Translations under genes and position numbers: made by a program | Assembly: GCA_017411805.1 (NCBI GenBank) | Contig: JAFQPI010000005.1 | Coordinates: 1,538 to 65,537 of the forward strand | Reading direction: 5' to 3' | DNA from: Clostridia bacterium | Lineage (GTDB): Bacteria; Bacillota; Clostridia; Oscillospirales; CAG-272 | Length of the DNA: 64,000 nucleotides | Notes under the pieces: model-generated | Database searches by the model: none | What the model was told of the DNA's origin: nothing | Seen by the model: only the letters and a program-made list of their open reading frames with translations | Shown: piece after piece, positions 1 to 7,054 of the stretch | Position numbering within the stretch: the first letter of the stretch is position 1 | Layout of the letters: the number at the start of each line of letters is the position of its first letter

Positions 1-56
1 CATCACTGGGCAAAAGCGCACGCCGCTGCCTAAATTTATTTGGAGGTGCCGAAAAA

Positions 57-206
57 ATGAGAGTTAAGATCACTTTAGCGTGCAGTGAATGCAAACAGCG
101 TAATTACGACACGAAGAAGAACAAGAAAAACGATCCTGACAGACTTGAAATGAACAAGTACTGCAGATTCTGTCGTAAACACACTCTGCACAAGGAAACA
201 AAGTAA
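57..206 (+). CDS. rpmG: 50S ribosomal protein L33
   Basis: 49-aa ORF below the ORF-track cutoff, translated by hand: [49 protein letters not shown]. It has the two CxxC pairs typical of L33, a GGAGGT RBS at 42-47, and lies in the conserved rpmG-secE-nusG order. Confidence 0.85.
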   Translation: MRVKITLACSECKQRNYDTKKNKKNDPDRLEMNKYCRFCRKHTLHKETK

Positions 207-223
207 GGCGGGAGGGAAACAAA

Positions 224-454
224 ATGGCTGAAACAAAAACAAATAAACCCGCAAAGACTCCCTTTAAGGAGAGAGTTGCCAAGTTTTTCCGCGAATATAA
301 GAGCGAGATCAAGAAGATATCCTGGTCAAGCCGTGCACAGACACTTAACAATACGTGGGCTGTACTCGTTGCTTCCGTGGCTATCGCTGTTGTAATTGCA
401 GTAGTCGATCTCGGTGTATCGCGCGGAATCCAGTGGCTCGGAAATCTTATCTGA
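224..454 (+). CDS. secE: preprotein translocase subunit SecE
   Basis: 76 aa with a Lys-rich N-terminus and a single C-terminal TM helix (WAVLVASVAIAVVIAVVDL). Located between rpmG and nusG. Confidence 0.8.
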   Translation: MAETKTNKPAKTPFKERVAKFFREYKSEIKKISWSSRAQTLNNTWAVLVASVAIAVVIAVVDLGVSRGIQWLGNLI

Positions 455-493
455 GTCCGATAGTTAGCGGTATATGATGAAAAAGGTGAGATA

Positions 494-1048
494 ATGGCAT
501 TTATTGACGAATTTTACGATCACAGCGGCGAAGCGAAATGGTACGTCGCACACACATATTCCGGCTATGAAAACAAGGTTAAGACAAACCTTGAAAAAAT
601 CGTGGAAAATCGCGGAATCAGCGATAAGATAGTGGACGTAAAGGTCCCTGTTGAGGTTGTCACCGAAATCAGTGACGGCAAGGAAAAGCAGATCGAAAAC
701 AAGATTTTCCCGAGCTATGTGCTGGTAAAAATGATTATGACGGACGAAACATGGCACGTCGTAAGAAATATCAGCGGTGTTACCGGCTTTGTAGGACCCG
801 GATCCAAGCCTATTCCGCTTACCGATGAGGAGGTTGCGGCGCTCGGTGTTGAAGAAAACACGCCGAAGATCGCAGTAAGCTTCAAGGTTGGCGATGCTGT
901 CGTTATCACGGACGGACCTCTTGAGGGAAGCCGCGGTACTGTACAGGAGATCTCAGAGGATCTTGAAAAGGTTACGGTTCTTGCAAATATGTTCGGACGC
1001 GAAACTCCGTTCGAGCTTGACACAAAGAGTATAAAACTCGCTGAATAA
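494..1048 (+). CDS. nusG: transcription termination/antitermination factor NusG
   Basis: 184 aa. N-terminal KWYVAHTYSGYENKV NGN motif and a C-terminal KOW-like segment (FKVGDAVVITDGPLEGSRGTVQEI). Conserved gene order. Confidence 0.9.
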   Translation: MAFIDEFYDHSGEAKWYVAHTYSGYENKVKTNLEKIVENRGISDKIVDVKVPVEVVTEISDGKEKQIENKIFPSYVLVKMIMTDETWHVVRNISGVTGFVGPGSKPIPLTDEEVAALGVEENTPKIAVSFKVGDAVVITDGPLEGSRGTVQEISEDLEKVTVLANMFGRETPFELDTKSIKLAE

Positions 1049-1153
1049 GGATCCTTATTCAAATTACTACTTTCCGCCCTATAAGGGCACAAAGTGGGAG
1101 GGAGTAAAATTTTTGAGTGCTCCCGACAAATCACCACACGGAGGTAAATAAAA

Positions 1154-1579
1154 ATGGCTAAGAAAATAATGGGCTATATCAAGCTTCAGCTGCCCGCAGG
1201 TAAGGCAACACCCGCTCCCCCGGTAGGTCCGGCTCTCGGTGCGTACGGTGTAGCTATCCCTAACTTCACTAAGGAATTCAACGAAAGAACAAAGAACGAT
1301 ATGGGTCTTATCATCCCTGTAGTTATTACAGTATATGCAGACCGTTCGTTCACATTTATTACAAAGACTCCTCCGGCACCCGTTCTTATCAAGAAGGCTT
1401 GCGGTATCGAAACAGCATCCGCAACACCTAATAAGACCAAGGTTGCCAAGATCACCCGTGAACAGTTAAAGCAGATCGCGACAACAAAGATGGTTGACCT
1501 CAATGCGGCAAACATCGACACAGCTATCAGCATGATCGCAGGTACTGCACGCAGCATGGGCGTAGAAGTTGTAGACTAA
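1154..1579 (+). CDS. rplK: 50S ribosomal protein L11
   Basis: 141 aa. [21 protein letters not shown] is the hallmark L11 N-terminus. GGAGGT RBS upstream. Confidence 0.95.
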   Translation: MAKKIMGYIKLQLPAGKATPAPPVGPALGAYGVAIPNFTKEFNERTKNDMGLIIPVVITVYADRSFTFITKTPPAPVLIKKACGIETASATPNKTKVAKITREQLKQIATTKMVDLNAANIDTAISMIAGTARSMGVEVVD

Positions 1580-1596
1580 GAGAGGAGTAGAGAATA

Positions 1597-2283
1597 ATGG
1601 GAAAGAAATATCAGGACAGCATTAAGCTTTTAGAAAAGGCTAAGCTTTATGATCCGGCAGAAGCTCTCGCTCTCGTTTGCCAGACTTCAAAAGCAAAGTT
1701 CGATGAAACAATCGAAATTCACGTAAGACTCGGCGTTGACTCCCGTCACGCAGACCAGCAGGTAAGAGGCGCCGTTGTACTTCCTAACGGTACAGGTAAG
1801 ACTGTAAGAACTCTCGTATTTGCAAGAGGCGATTTTGCAAAGGCAGCAGAGGAAGCAGGAGCTGATTTTGTTGGCGCAGAAGAGTACGTACAGAAGATCC
1901 AGACCGAAAACTGGTTTGACTTCGACCTTATCATCGCAACACCCGATATGATGGGCGTTATCGGCCGTCTCGGTAAGGTTCTCGGTCCTAAGGGACTTAT
2001 GCCTTCCCCCAAGAACGGTACCGTTACTCCCGACGTTGCCCGTGCAGTTAACGAGGCAAAGGCAGGTAAGATCGAGTACCGTCTTGACAAGACCAACATC
2101 ATCCACTGCCCTCTCGGCAAGGTATCCTTCGGCGAGCAGAAGCTCCAGGAGAACTTTGACGCTCTCGTTGGCGCAGTTATCAAGGCTAAGCCCGCTGCTG
2201 CTAAGGGTCAGTACATCAAGAGCTGCGTAATCGCATCCACGATGGGCCCCGGCGTTAAGATCAACCAGGCTAAGCTTGGCTAA
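1597..2283 (+). CDS. rplA: 50S ribosomal protein L1
   Basis: 228 aa with [23 protein letters not shown] and [16 protein letters not shown] motifs. Follows rplK. Confidence 0.95.
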   Translation: MGKKYQDSIKLLEKAKLYDPAEALALVCQTSKAKFDETIEIHVRLGVDSRHADQQVRGAVVLPNGTGKTVRTLVFARGDFAKAAEEAGADFVGAEEYVQKIQTENWFDFDLIIATPDMMGVIGRLGKVLGPKGLMPSPKNGTVTPDVARAVNEAKAGKIEYRLDKTNIIHCPLGKVSFGEQKLQENFDALVGAVIKAKPAAAKGQYIKSCVIASTMGPGVKINQAKLG

Positions 2284-2285
2284 TA

Positions 2286-2313
2286 AAAAAAGACCGCTTC
2301 GGCGGTCTTTTTT
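2286..2313 (+). terminator. intrinsic terminator after rplA
   Basis: AGACCGC-TTCG-GCGGTCT hairpin (2291-2308) followed by a T-run. Confidence 0.8.
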
Positions 2314-2373
2314 AGTGTAAAGTGAAAAGTGTAAAGTGAAAAGTGAAGGTAGCTTTTCGCTTTGGCGAAAAGC
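2314..2373 (+). repeat. heptad-array/hairpin element A
   Basis: AGTG at 2314, 2321, 2328, 2335 and 2342 (strict 7-nt phase: AGTGTAA AGTGAAA AGTGTAA AGTGAAA AGTGAAG), then GTA and the hairpin GCTTTTCGC-TTTG-GCGAAAAGC (2352-2373). Confidence 0.8.
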
Positions 2374-2397
2374 AATTCTTAATTTTTCTTAATAATT

Positions 2398-2427
2398 GTT
2401 GACCTTATTGTATAATTATGATATCAT
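2398..2427 (+). promoter_or_regulatory. possible sigma-A promoter for the 2476 gene
   Basis: TTGACC (2398-2403), 18-nt spacer, TGaTATCAT extended -10 (2419-2427). Confidence 0.3.
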
Positions 2428-2475
2428 ATATAAGATTGGACTATCGACAATAATATACAAAAGGAGACTTCTTTC

Positions 2476-3207
2476 ATGCTCTGGGGGACTTTCGGCATCA
2501 TACATATTCTCAGTCTTGTTTTCGCCCTTCTGCTCAATGTCGCACTTTACTTTGTTCTTAAACGCTGTCCGCAAAAAATTCAGATCATCGTCCTCGGCAT
2601 CCTTTCCTTCTCGGGAATTGCCGCCATCATCTACAATCTCGTCGCGTGGGATTCCCCGCTCGAGTATCTCCCGCTTCATCTCTGCTCGCTCAACGCCCTG
2701 ATCCTTCCCTTCGCGGTCTTCACGAGGAACAAGGTGGTAGCTAACCTTACCCTGCTTTGGTCTCTCGGCGCGGCAGTTGCGCTTATCCTCAATCACGCAG
2801 TCGCCTCGGCAGAGGTCCTTGACCCCGTCTTCTGCTTCTACTTTTTCCCGCACGTTTTTGAGATGAGCATTCCCATCCTGCTTTTCAAGCTCGGACTTTG
2901 CAAGCTTGACGCAAAGTGTATCATTTCGACCGTCGGTATCACCGGCGGAGTATATACCGTGATCCACTTTATCAACGTCGCGCTCAACAATTACTGCATC
3001 GAGAACAATATCCTCGATTGGGCAGGCAACGTGATCCAGGTCAACTATATGTACTCGATCACTCCGGACAACCCCGTGCTCGTCCTCTTCCACAATCTCA
3101 TTCCACATTCCTTCTGGTATATGCTCCCCGCGGTACTTATCGCCGCCGTCTACCTCGGCGCGATCTACGGCATCGCGGCACTTGTGATGAAAAAGAAAGC
3201 CAATTAA
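2476..3207 (+). CDS. polytopic integral membrane protein (TIGR02206/YwaF-like)
   Basis: 243 aa with about 7 hydrophobic helices. The LPLHLCS motif is reminiscent of the YwaF/TIGR02206 family. AAGGAGA RBS at 2460-2466. Confidence 0.55.
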   Translation: MLWGTFGIIHILSLVFALLLNVALYFVLKRCPQKIQIIVLGILSFSGIAAIIYNLVAWDSPLEYLPLHLCSLNALILPFAVFTRNKVVANLTLLWSLGAAVALILNHAVASAEVLDPVFCFYFFPHVFEMSIPILLFKLGLCKLDAKCIISTVGITGGVYTVIHFINVALNNYCIENNILDWAGNVIQVNYMYSITPDNPVLVLFHNLIPHSFWYMLPAVLIAAVYLGAIYGIAALVMKKKAN

Positions 3208-3211
3208 ATAT

Positions 3212-3246
3212 AAAAACCATGCTGACTCAATATCAGCATGGTTTTT
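3212..3246. terminator. bidirectional intrinsic terminator
   Basis: AAAAACCATGCTGA ... TCAGCATGGTTTTT, a perfect 14-nt inverted repeat flanked by A- and T-runs, lying between convergent genes. Confidence 0.8.
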
Positions 3247-3281
3247 AGTTATTCAGCAAACTCCGTTCAGCAAGCCCCTTC

Positions 3282-4043
3282 TCAGTCAAAATTAACAATA
3301 TAATTGCAGCTGACAGAAACAACGCCTTCATATGCGCTCAGCTTTTCCGCGATCTCATCAATGCGCTCCTTATTATCGCTGTCGAAATGGAAGGTGTACA
3401 TCGTCTCTCCCGTATTCAGATCCATCATGTGAAAGATCCCAATACAATCAAGCTCGGAAAAATCGGTCAGATTTGGATTATAGCCCGATTTTACCGTGAC
3501 GATCAGATTGCTTACGCTGTATCCCGCTCGTTTTGAAGCCTCAGACTTAGCCTTGTTCGCCTCGTCGCCGAAGGCACGGACGTCTTGATATATCCCATTC
3601 AGAGTACCGAGGGAGGTCAAGGAATCTGAAATCGAATTTGAGTATTTTACTTCGTTATTGCTGTAAACAAGATAAGCTTCCTTCTTGTCGCCATCATCGG
3701 TAAAAAGAACTCTGATATAGCTGTCGCCGGGACCAGAGCTATCCGATCCGGATGCATACGTGCCGTTCTCAAGCAGCCCCCGAAGCTTTGACTGCAATTC
3801 AGCATTCGGATGGGCAATATAGGAGGAATGTCCCTCGCTGTTGAAGATGTTGATCACACATGAATTATCCTTACTCGAAACGGATACGTCCGTTTCGGGC
3901 GGGATCACTCCGATAAAACCGGGATCTGTAGAATTATTCTCTCCCGTCAGCGCCCCGTCGCCGATGCCCACGCAGGAGGGCAGCTTCAGTATTACGAAAA
4001 CGCACGCAAGGATCACGCAAAGCAATCTGTATTTGCCACTCAT
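3282..4043 (-). CDS. secreted lipoprotein, unknown function
   Basis: 253 aa. Signal peptide with lipobox LPSC followed by VGIGDGAL. Last gene of the sigma/anti-sigma operon. Confidence 0.6.
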   Translation of the reverse strand: MSGKYRLLCVILACVFVILKLPSCVGIGDGALTGENNSTDPGFIGVIPPETDVSVSSKDNSCVINIFNSEGHSSYIAHPNAELQSKLRGLLENGTYASGSDSSGPGDSYIRVLFTDDGDKKEAYLVYSNNEVKYSNSISDSLTSLGTLNGIYQDVRAFGDEANKAKSEASKRAGYSVSNLIVTVKSGYNPNLTDFSELDCIGIFHMMDLNTGETMYTFHFDSDNKERIDEIAEKLSAYEGVVSVSCNYIVNFD

Positions 4044-4059
4044 AATATTTCTCCTTGAC

Positions 4060-4911
4060 CTATTCGAGATAATCCATTAGCTTCTGAAATATCCCCTCGG
4101 AGTAACGCGTATCGAAGCTTGCGTTGCCCTCAAGAAATCCGTACGATTGCTTGATCGTGTCGTTTTGATCAACAATAAAGTGCGCTTCAAACGAGCCATA
4201 CCTGAAAGTTATCATAACAGCGAACGATGACGGCACGGCTACCAAGTCATTATTCGTTGTCAATACCGAGGCGGTAGTGAGAAGCTTATACAGCTCAGCC
4301 GCATCATCGGCACCGAGCTCTGCACTCTTTGGTATGCGGGAGCTCAGAAAGCTTACCTTAGTCAGCTTTGCGTACTCAGGCTTTATCGCATAAGACGCGC
4401 AATTGAGCAGCCTCATAAATATTCCTTGGCTGTAGCCCTCAAGCTTTCCCGACCACGCAAGCGTTGCCACTCCGTCTTCGGTGATCTCAACGTAATCGTC
4501 CGCGTATATGCGGAATCCGCCCCACAGCGCAGGCTCGTCGCCTGATGCAAGATAAAGCTTCAGATCGACGTAGGTCTGATTTCTGTCGCAATCGCGCTCC
4601 TCACGCTCGCCGGAAAAAATAATATCGTAGAATTCCTTTGCAACGGTATAGCCGAAGCTGAGATCCGCCTGCAGATCGCCGCTCGGCGAATACTTCTTGA
4701 AGACGGCTTCCATACTCGTTTCAACGTACTGACCAACTTCGGCAAAGTACATTTCATTCGTTTTAATATTTTCGGGCAGTTTTTCGGTATTTTTTTCGCC
4801 CGAGCTTTGGATATTATCGAACAGCGCTCCGTCGCCGATGCCCACGCAGGAGGACAGAAAGACGCATAACAAAAGTATCAGCGCGGCTACCGCTGCTATT
4901 TTAGGCTTCAT
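4060..4911 (-). CDS. secreted lipoprotein, unknown function
   Basis: 283 aa. Signal peptide with lipobox LSSC followed by the same VGIGDGAL segment as the neighbouring gene. Confidence 0.6.
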   Translation of the reverse strand: MKPKIAAVAALILLLCVFLSSCVGIGDGALFDNIQSSGEKNTEKLPENIKTNEMYFAEVGQYVETSMEAVFKKYSPSGDLQADLSFGYTVAKEFYDIIFSGEREERDCDRNQTYVDLKLYLASGDEPALWGGFRIYADDYVEITEDGVATLAWSGKLEGYSQGIFMRLLNCASYAIKPEYAKLTKVSFLSSRIPKSAELGADDAAELYKLLTTASVLTTNNDLVAVPSSFAVMITFRYGSFEAHFIVDQNDTIKQSYGFLEGNASFDTRYSEGIFQKLMDYLE

Positions 4912-4923
4912 ACGCCGTCTCCT

Positions 4924-6354
4924 TTACGCCGCGAGCTTGAAACAATAGTCACCGTTGAGCTTCATTGAAGCAAGCTCTTCCGCACTTACGTAGATCACAA
5001 CGTTACCCGAAGCGGTGATCTCGATATAGCGAACGTGGGGAAGCAATTCCTTATATACTTCTTGCGAATCGCGATAGAGATTCTTGCGCATAAGCTCGAT
5101 CTCGCCGTTGATAGCAGAGGTGTCGCTATCGAAGAGAGCGGAATCAAAAACGCCGTCCTTCAAATATTTTGCAACAGCATCCTCTCCGCAAAGCTCGATA
5201 GCCGCAGAAACAAGCGATCCGTCCGCAGCCGCAGCCTCAAGCGCGGTGCGCCAAGCGGGACGCTTAGCAGCCTCTCCGAAGAGAGCAACGTATTTGCTTT
5301 CGTATTCGGATCTGTCAAGCATATCACCGAAAACGGCAGGCTCCGCGGTAACGGCAAAGAGGACGTCCTTGCCTTCGTTTGCCGCAATAGCGTCATGAAG
5401 CTTCTTTGATACTATCTTGCCGTTCCATTCGATGCTGCGCTCGATCACGCCCGCATTGATATCATACTTGCCCGCCTTTGAGAACTTCACGCCGCCAAGT
5501 CCCTCAAGCGCCATAAGCTCACCCTCTGTAACAAAGATGATGAAGCGGTTATTATCCTCAATAAACTCGATTCCGAAATCATCAAGCATCTCGCGCACGT
5601 CATCCGCGATATTTCTCCAAAAACCGTTTGTAAAATGCACGCATTCGTCCCAAAGCTCCTCTGCCTTCTTCGACATAGCGTTGATATCGGCGTTGAGAAG
5701 ATCGGTCTCAAGCTCGCCGCTTGCAAAATAACGATAAAGCTCGTCGATCTCGTATCTGTCCTTATACTGCTCGTAGATAGCGTTGATATCAAAATCGCTC
5801 TTGAACTGATCGTAAATTCCGGCAAGCGCCTCGAGATCAGCCATCTCGTATTTTGAGAGCCAATAAGCCGTCTCTCTCTCAATATACTCCTTGCTCATAT
5901 AGAGATTGGGAGATACCGTGACCTCGACAGCCCAAGTGCGGTTCTCATCGTTGCTTGATACCATGCTCTCGTAAAGCTCCTGGTCAAGCTCAAGCTGATT
6001 GACGACGGCATATTTATCGGGAGCTACGTCTGCAAACGCGCTCTCAACCGAATAGTATTCGCCCGAGGTATAAACCGTTCCCGCAGTAAGCTGGGCAGAC
6101 GACGTGACGTTTCTGATGATGACCGCACCCTCGGGAGGCAGGAGCGACTGAGGCTCTCCGTTGCCTCTGAGCGCAAAAGCGGCTGCAACTCCGCCAACCA
6201 GTATAACGACCGCAAGGGTTGCCGCGATCAAAGCTGTCATGAATTTGCGGCGGCTTACACCCACCTTGCCCGCAGTCTTCTTTTCGCCGAGCGCATCTGC
6301 TATGACGTCATCGTCAAGCATACCGAGTATTCTGTTCATTTCTTCCTTTTTCAT
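4924..6354 (-). CDS. membrane-anchored anti-sigma-like protein (partner of ECF sigma 6351..6893)
   Basis: 476 aa. Its start overlaps the sigma stop by 4 nt. Short cytoplasmic N-terminus (ILGMLDDDVIADAL), one TM helix (FMTALIAATLAVVILVGGVAAAF) and a large extracytoplasmic domain. Confidence 0.5.
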   Translation of the reverse strand: MKKEEMNRILGMLDDDVIADALGEKKTAGKVGVSRRKFMTALIAATLAVVILVGGVAAAFALRGNGEPQSLLPPEGAVIIRNVTSSAQLTAGTVYTSGEYYSVESAFADVAPDKYAVVNQLELDQELYESMVSSNDENRTWAVEVTVSPNLYMSKEYIERETAYWLSKYEMADLEALAGIYDQFKSDFDINAIYEQYKDRYEIDELYRYFASGELETDLLNADINAMSKKAEELWDECVHFTNGFWRNIADDVREMLDDFGIEFIEDNNRFIIFVTEGELMALEGLGGVKFSKAGKYDINAGVIERSIEWNGKIVSKKLHDAIAANEGKDVLFAVTAEPAVFGDMLDRSEYESKYVALFGEAAKRPAWRTALEAAAADGSLVSAAIELCGEDAVAKYLKDGVFDSALFDSDTSAINGEIELMRKNLYRDSQEVYKELLPHVRYIEITASGNVVIYVSAEELASMKLNGDYCFKLAA

Positions 6355-6893
6355 AACGTAATACCCTCCTTTTCAAGATATACGCGTAATTTGTTTCTCA
6401 TTCTGAAAAGCATGGATTTGATCTTACCGACCGAAAAGCCCTCCTCTGCCGAGATCCTCTCAAGAGGCTCAAGCGAGAAATAGTGCTTGACGAAGATCCT
6501 TCTCTCCTCCTCCGAGACGGCTCTAAGGAATTCGGATATCAGCTTCGCAAGCTCCTCTGCCGAATGATCCGCCGTCTCACCGACGATCTCCGCGAGCTCC
6601 TCCGCGGGAAGCAGGACGGCTGAACGCTTTTGAGCGTTCATATACTCCAGCCTGCGAAGCGCGTGGTTTCGCACGATCTTGGTGATATATGCGGGAAGGC
6701 TCTGCGGCTTTTTTGGCGGTATCGAATGCCACAGCGAAAGATAAGTGTCATTCTCACATTCCTCGACGTCAAGGTCGTTTTCCAAGATATTGTGCGCAAT
6801 CCTACGGCAGAGCGCTCCGTATTTCGCCGAGGTCTCTTCTATTGCCGCTTCGTCACGGGCAAAGAAAAGCTCAATTATCCTCTTATCTTCCAA
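6351..6893 (-). CDS. ECF-type sigma-70 family RNA polymerase sigma factor
   Basis: 180 aa with region 2 (DVEECENDTYLSLWHSIP) and region 4 (ISAEEGFSVGKIKSMLFRMRNKL). The start is TTG at 6891-6893, preceded by AAAGGA. Paralogous to 17239..17790 and 42557..43105. Confidence 0.8.
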   Translation of the reverse strand: MEDKRIIELFFARDEAAIEETSAKYGALCRRIAHNILENDLDVEECENDTYLSLWHSIPPKKPQSLPAYITKIVRNHALRRLEYMNAQKRSAVLLPAEELAEIVGETADHSAEELAKLISEFLRAVSEEERRIFVKHYFSLEPLERISAEEGFSVGKIKSMLFRMRNKLRVYLEKEGITL

Positions 6894-6955
6894 AGTCTCA
6901 CATCCTTTTCATTGGTCTTCACCTTATATGACCGAAAAAATCTCAAAAGGTTTCA

Positions 6956-6970
6956 CATTTTCTGAAAAAT
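6956..6970. promoter_or_regulatory. CodY-box-like palindrome upstream of the sigma operon
   Basis: CATTTTCTGAAAAAT matches the Firmicute CodY consensus AATTTTCWGAAAATT at 13 of 15 positions. It overlaps a longer AT-rich palindrome at 6962-6997. Confidence 0.3.
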
Positions 6971-7004
6971 TCACAAATTTTTTTGTGATTTTTTCAGATA
7001 ACGC

Positions 7005-7040
7005 GATTTTTTTACAAAAATGGGCTGCTTACTTGCGAAG
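7005..7040 (-). terminator. intrinsic terminator of the ABC/GldG/DUF4340 operon
   Basis: ATGGGCTGCT ... AGCAGCCCAT hairpin (7011-7039). The A-run at 7006-7010 gives a T-run on the minus strand. Confidence 0.75.
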
Positions 7041-7054
7041 CAGCCCATTAAAAC

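Noticed and set aside
1049-1153. The nusG-rplK spacer, with hairpins GCCC-TATAA-GGGC (1076-1088) and GGGAG..CTCCC (1096-1123), was considered as an L1-binding autoregulatory leader.
   Set aside because: This is plausible by position, but I cannot match it to the L1 binding-site consensus from memory with any confidence. It would need a covariance-model search.
6971-6988. TCACA-N8-TGTGA within the palindrome was considered as a CRP/FNR-type site.
   Set aside because: The half-sites are in the opposite arrangement to TGTGA-N6-TCACA, and the spacing is wrong.
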